Part shown: positions 58,986 through 64,000 of the stretch, one piece after another
Position numbering within the stretch: the first letter of the stretch is position 1
Layout of the letters: each line of letters begins with the position of its first letter
DNA from: the human T2T-CHM13v2.0 reference genome, Homo sapiens
Strand: one strand, 5' to 3'
NCBI RefSeq assembly: GCF_009914755.1
Contig: NC_060929.1
DNA: 64,000 nt
Program-made: the position numbers and the translations under genes
Notes under the pieces: model-generated
The model's input: only the letters and a program-made list of their open reading frames with translations
The model's database searches: none
What the model was told of the DNA's origin: nothing

Positions 58986-59571
58986 CTTTTTATTTCTCCT
59001 AGCACATAATGTTCTGGGTCAATCCTCCTTTCTAAAACAGTATACAAACATAAACACAGCTTATTGACTTGTTGCAGATACCATAAAAAAAAACTGGCAA
59101 TATAGAAAGCCCATGAAAGAATTAACAGTATTTAAAAACTAGAACAAATTTAATAACGCTTTATATAAATTTGCTGCATCCACGGAAGTATGGAAACACT
59201 CACATTCCAGATATCAACCTGAGTTACAGAAGTTAAAACCTCTCCAAATACATCACCAATTTTCCCTGGTACTAAACACAGTCATCTTCTAGAAAGAAAC
59301 ACCAGTGACCCATATTTTAAACTAAAGCACACACTGCTTTTTGTAAAAAAGCAAAGTCATTTAAAGCAGCTAATTAAAATACCATTTAAGCAATTGCAAT
59401 GGGTAACAGGATCATAAAATCATTAGTAAAGTAGAAGTTTGTCACTGAAGCTTCCACATGATCTTATAGACTAGAAGTAGACTGGTCAGGCTTCATAGAC
59501 ATCAGCTAACTGAAGGCACCAAACTCCATTAAGTCCTCAAATTTCAGTGTCTTATTTTTTTCTGAGCACCA
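58970..59571 (-). other. Candidate terminal exon (short coding end + ~0.5 kb 3'UTR) of an unidentified minus-strand gene
   Basis: Acceptor ctttttctttcttgttctAG at 59572; phase-0 frame WCSEKNKTLKFEDLMEFGAFS* (59571-59506); repeat-free AT-rich block; AATAAA at 58994-58989. Confidence 0.45.
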
Positions 59572-61289
59572 CTAGAACAAGAAAGAAAAAGCAATGGTAA
59601 GAGAAATATACCATGACCTATGATAGGGATTAGTTTTAAATTTTAGCCATAAAAGCTTAGTGTTGGTTTTTTTTATATATAAGCCATCTAGGTCAAATAC
59701 TTACTGAATACTTATATATGCTTGTGCTTTGCTGGCCAATTTGGGGAAGGATAAAAGAGGTATTCAATGCTATGAGATGCTTCAGCCTAATTGAAAAGAC
59801 TTGGACAATTAAAGCTCAGGGCAGTGAGTATGACAGAGTACCAATTAGATGTGAGAGGTAGTGCCTGCAGCAGGTCTCAGGGAACTATGAGATGCTGACC
59901 AATAGCACCCTACCTGTAGCAGCTATTCACAGCAAGGATGAATTCACAACCATAAATAAATTATGTATTGTTTGGTTCTAATTTGGATAAAATATTTTTA
60001 TAACTTAAACTACCCAGTCATCTGTGTTGCCTGGAACAAGAACTTCCTAGGAGACCTAGGGAGTCTGCCCTGCTTCAATTGGAGGCCTAACGATTCTGCC
60101 CTGCTTCAATTATAAATTCCATGCCCCATGGAGTTCTTATTCTTAAACCTGTAAGTCCTGGCCTAGACACTCCCAGGCAGGTGGTGAACAGTGTGAAAGG
60201 ACAGGCTAGTAAAGAGCCTCTGCCCTGGGAGCAGCACATATCTTGGTGCAGCCTTCTTGCCAGTGCTATTCTCCCTAACTTTGAACTTCCGAAGTCCCTC
60301 TGCCTAGGTGTTCCAGCTATACCTGATCCTTTTACATTTCCTGTTCTCTGGATGGTACTTGCCTGACTGCTGGGGTTGGCCTCCTGTTTCCAGTTCCATC
60401 TACTTCCTTCCATGTCCTTCACGGCTTCTCTGACCTGTCATGCCAACAGATTGCTCATGTTGGTAGAGCTCTGAATCCTAAACAGCCGCTCTGAAGCCCG
60501 AATTCACTCTATTCTGGATGATTTCACTCTTGATCTGGAAAAGGAAGAAAAGCCTTTAAGTGATTTTCCTCAGAGGTACTGTGTTGGTGTTCTGCTCTGC
60601 TTATGCTTTCACTGTGGCTGTGCCTCAGGCTCCTGGCTGCAGCCCATTTCTTTTCTGACCTCCACTCTCTCTCCCTGGACAATCTCATTCCCCTATGCCT
60701 GTAAGCTTCATCTTTCCTCTGATGAATCCCCAGTCCCTCCTCCAGGTTTTAGAGTATCTGAGCTGGCCAGGGACCTAAGCTACAAGACACAGAGGCTAAC
60801 TGAAGCACTAAAGTAAATTATCAAAGAGATACTGTGTAGCTCCCAGAGTTGTTCGAAAAACTGGAGAACAAGACATAGAAAATAGGCTGGAAGAAAGGGA
60901 GGCAGAGCTAAGCCACAGCATTTGTCCAAGGAGGTCCCTACTGCCCCAAACACTGGACACTGCAGTTTGTTCTGCCAGTGTTACTCCTTGGGAAATGGGT
61001 GTTGTTGCCACCTCCAGAATGAATTCTCCACTGACCTTGCTTCTTTGAGCAACTTGCTCCTAATTCAGACTCTCAGATGGGTGCATCTGATTGGCCAAAC
61101 CTAGATCATGTGTACATATCCTAGCTGCAAGGGGGCCAGGAAAACAAAAATCTGGCCTTTTAAGATTTTATGTTGGGATATGGGCTGTCCCTCATCAGGA
61201 TGCATTCAGTGGGGAATTTTCCATCTATCCAAAGCAGATGACATTGGACAATAGAAATAAGTGAGAGAGAAAGGGAAAGCAAAGAATGG

Positions 61290-61750
61290 AAAGGAAAGGA
61301 AAAAAGCAAACGTACACCACAGAGACATGTTTTCAATTGCCCACTGTACAGCTTTACTAGATCTCCTACAAATACCTCAAACTGTGTGTCCAAAAGTGAA
61401 CCCTCCATCATTTATCCCCAATGTATTCCTCCTCCTCCCTTTTCTTTCTTGGTATCTGATTGTTTCCTCATTCATCCAGTCACTCAAGCCCCTAAACTCA
61501 GTTATTCTCCCTCCCTTCTAATGACTCTGGTCATCAAATGCTTTGGATTACATATACTTTATGTTTCTAAAATACATCTCTTTTTCTGAAAGGTCACTGC
61601 CATTCCTTCAGGGCCAACACTCATCAGCTTTTGTCCAGATGAGCACAGGAGCTCCCTACTATTCTCCCAGCCTCTAACATTTCTCCATGGCACTTGTCAC
61701 AGTTGCAATTGCATTTGTTATGGGATTATTTGATTGTCTGCTCCCCATCA
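61290..61750. mobile_element. L2 LINE fragment
   Basis: cctcaaactgtgtgtccaaaagtgaac..catccagtcactcaagc..cacttgtcacagttgcaatt. Confidence 0.65.
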
Positions 61751-62083
61751 TCCTCTTGTTCTACTTGATTCTGCCCTCTTAATGCCAACTGTTCGGTTAT
61801 CTAACAGTAGAACAGTGAGAGAACCATCTCTAAATAAATAGAATTAGGCTTTTTTATTAGAATCTCAGATGACTACCTTCTGCCTTTTCTCACCCTGAGA
61901 ATTGTGACTATGGAGTCACAATGTTCCCCTGTAAACCTGACTCCTAGAAAAAAAGTAAACTGAAAGGAAACAAATGAGAGGATAAATACATCAAATTTCT
62001 TCTCAGGTCATCCTGAGTTCACTAGACCTGGAATGGAGCATGGTGCTTATTCTCACTGTTGAGTTAGAAGTGTAATAACTAGT

Positions 62084-62585
62084 CTGTTAGATGGTGCCCA
62101 GTGGGCCACATGTCTTAGTATGTATCCTTTTCTCTTCTCTCCCGCATTGAACCTGGACTGGACCTGTGACTCTCTTTAACCAACAGAACTTGGCAGAATC
62201 TAGTGCTGGTCCTGGAGCTAAGTCTTGAGAAGACCTGGAGGCTTCCACTTCTGCGCTTTTGGAAATTCTGAGCTTCCGTGTTAGAAGAGTTGCTACCCTT
62301 CTGGAGATACTACATGGAAAGACCTCATGAAGAGGCCATATGGAAAGGGAGAAGCCTTGTCCAACCATCTCCACCAAGGTCCCAGGCATATGAGAGAGCC
62401 AACTTGGACAGTCTGGTCCTGTTGAGCCCCCAGATGCCCACAGTCTCAGTTGACAACATGTGGAGCAGAAGAACTGCCCAGATGAGCCCAGCCAACCCAG
62501 TGAATCATGAGAATAAGGAAATGGTTTTTGCTTAAAGCTTTTGCTTTGAAGTGGTTCCTTATGCAGCAGTAGATATCTGAAACAG
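62084..62585. mobile_element. MLT1-family MaLR LTR
   Basis: gtgactctctttaaccaacagaa...gaactgcccagatgagcccagcc...ttatgcagcagtagatatctgaaaca. Confidence 0.75.
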
Positions 62586-63099
62586 GGGGCATTGATTAGG
62601 TATGTGGTCTTCTTTAATTATTCATTTCACTGAACTCCACTTCCAGGCATTTAGTATATTCTTCTGTGGGTTGATATTAGCTATTGAATGCAAAACCCCT
62701 CTAGTTCACAATCAGCACAAGTCTTTGATTTTTTTTTTTGAAAGGTGAACTCATTTGACGGCCCTTATCAATATTTGAAGCCCAGAAAAGCACATACATA
62801 ACAAAACCAGAGCTTCAGGCTATAAATGGAATTGGCTCGATTCTTCTTGCTCTTTTCTGCATCTTGCTCTTTTCTGCATCAGCCTTAGCATGGCACCATT
62901 AGTGATCCATGAGATAGCTGTTTAGGGCCCTGAAATAGATTGATCTGAAGTTCCCTTGGCAAGGAATAAAGACAATAATAGGTAGAAGGTTGAAGAAGTT
63001 TTAATTTAGAGAAATTTTACGAAGTAAGAAGGAAAATAAAAGAAAGCCACCAAATTGAATAATTTCCATCGTGTTTAAAGATGCTAATTCAACCCACTG

Positions 63100-63542
63100 G
63101 CACCAGGGAATGAATCTTATCTTGTGTTGACATTCCTCCTTACATAAAGTAGATTTGTCACTGGGAAGCAGCTGTCTGGCCAGGAACTGTGTCTCCCAGC
63201 ACCCTCTGCATCTAGGTGTGGACATATGACTAGTACTTACCAATGGAATGTCAGCGGAAGTGACGTGTCACAATGAGCCATGGCTTTTAAGAAGTCATTA
63301 TTTCTTTTCCATGTTCCCTTTCCCATTACGCTGGCTGGATATAAGTGACATCAAGGCCCTAGGGGATGGCAGAACTCCCAGATGGAAGAAAGCTGGATGT
63401 CTGAGTCATGGCAAGGAGAGCCATTCACCAACTAGGAAACCACGTAGAAATATTCCACAGGAGAAATAAACTTTTGTTGTATTTGAGCATTTCAAAACTT
63501 GAGGTTTATTTGTTGTAGCAGCTAGCATTTCCCTAATGAATA
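63100..63542. mobile_element. MLT1-family MaLR LTR
   Basis: tcccagcaccctctgcatctaggtgtggacatatgactag...gagaaataaactttt...ttgttgtagcagctagc. Confidence 0.7.
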
Positions 63543-63599
63543 TAGTTGTTCACTTATTTGAAAATTCACATAGATTTTTCATAGAGGAGATCATTACTA

Positions 63600-63985
63600 G
63601 TTCTCAAATTATGGGGGAAGTTCATTCATTTTCCTTCACCTCTGTTCTTACATCTATAAAATAGGGCTAATGCTCTGTATCTCCAAGGATTGTTCTCATA
63701 CCAAATGAGATACTATTGTATTCACAATAAATGAGATACTATAGCATCTCATTTATTGAACATTACCATAAACCAGGCCCTATACAAAGCACTTTACTTA
63801 CCTTATCTCATTGAATCATCCCAATAACCCTATGAAGTAATTTCAATTAGCCTCCATATTTCACACATGAGAAAACAGAAGCTTAGAGAAGTTAAGTACT
63901 TGTCCCATGTTACACAGCTAGTCATGGCAAAGCTAGTAATTGAACACAGGCAGCCTGACTTCAGAGGCCACATGCCCAGCACCAG
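63600..63985. mobile_element. Two MIRs in opposite orientation (~63600-63735 plus, ~63745-63985 minus)
   Basis: cctctgttctttacatctataaaatagg; atgagaaaacagaagcttagagaagttaagtacttgtcccatgttacacagctag. Confidence 0.75.
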
Positions 63986-64000
63986 TCCTCTCTGACTAGG

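Overview
Primate (very probably human) genomic DNA, dominated by interspersed repeats and largely gene-free. None of the ORF-track entries is a credible intact host gene; those with recognisable content come from L1, Alu, ERV or DNA-transposon remnants. Main structures: (1) the 5' end of a minus-strand L1PA (1-1979) with frameshifted ORF1 and a nonsense-interrupted ORF0; (2) a two-LTR MER4A-type provirus (17349-26004, minus, tRNA-Arg PBS) inserted in an old L1M; (3) a MER4-group solo LTR carrying two Alus at the same target site; (4) a probable end-to-end hAT-Blackjack transposon fossil (~31475-38815) hosting a 5'-inverted L1PA, an old L1 and an Alu; (5) a 723-bp near-identical copy of part of that L1, with no TSD or poly(A), inside a MIR 16.7 kb away; (6) MER50, LTR8 and LTR12 LTRs and an MLT2/ERVL remnant; (7) a candidate minus-strand terminal exon with 3'UTR of an unidentified gene (~58970-59571). 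I found no evidence of a new multi-gene system. The best leads are genome-dynamics events and TE-derived regulatory elements. Subfamily names come from recalled consensus sequences, not a RepeatMasker run, and boundaries of old repeats are approximate.
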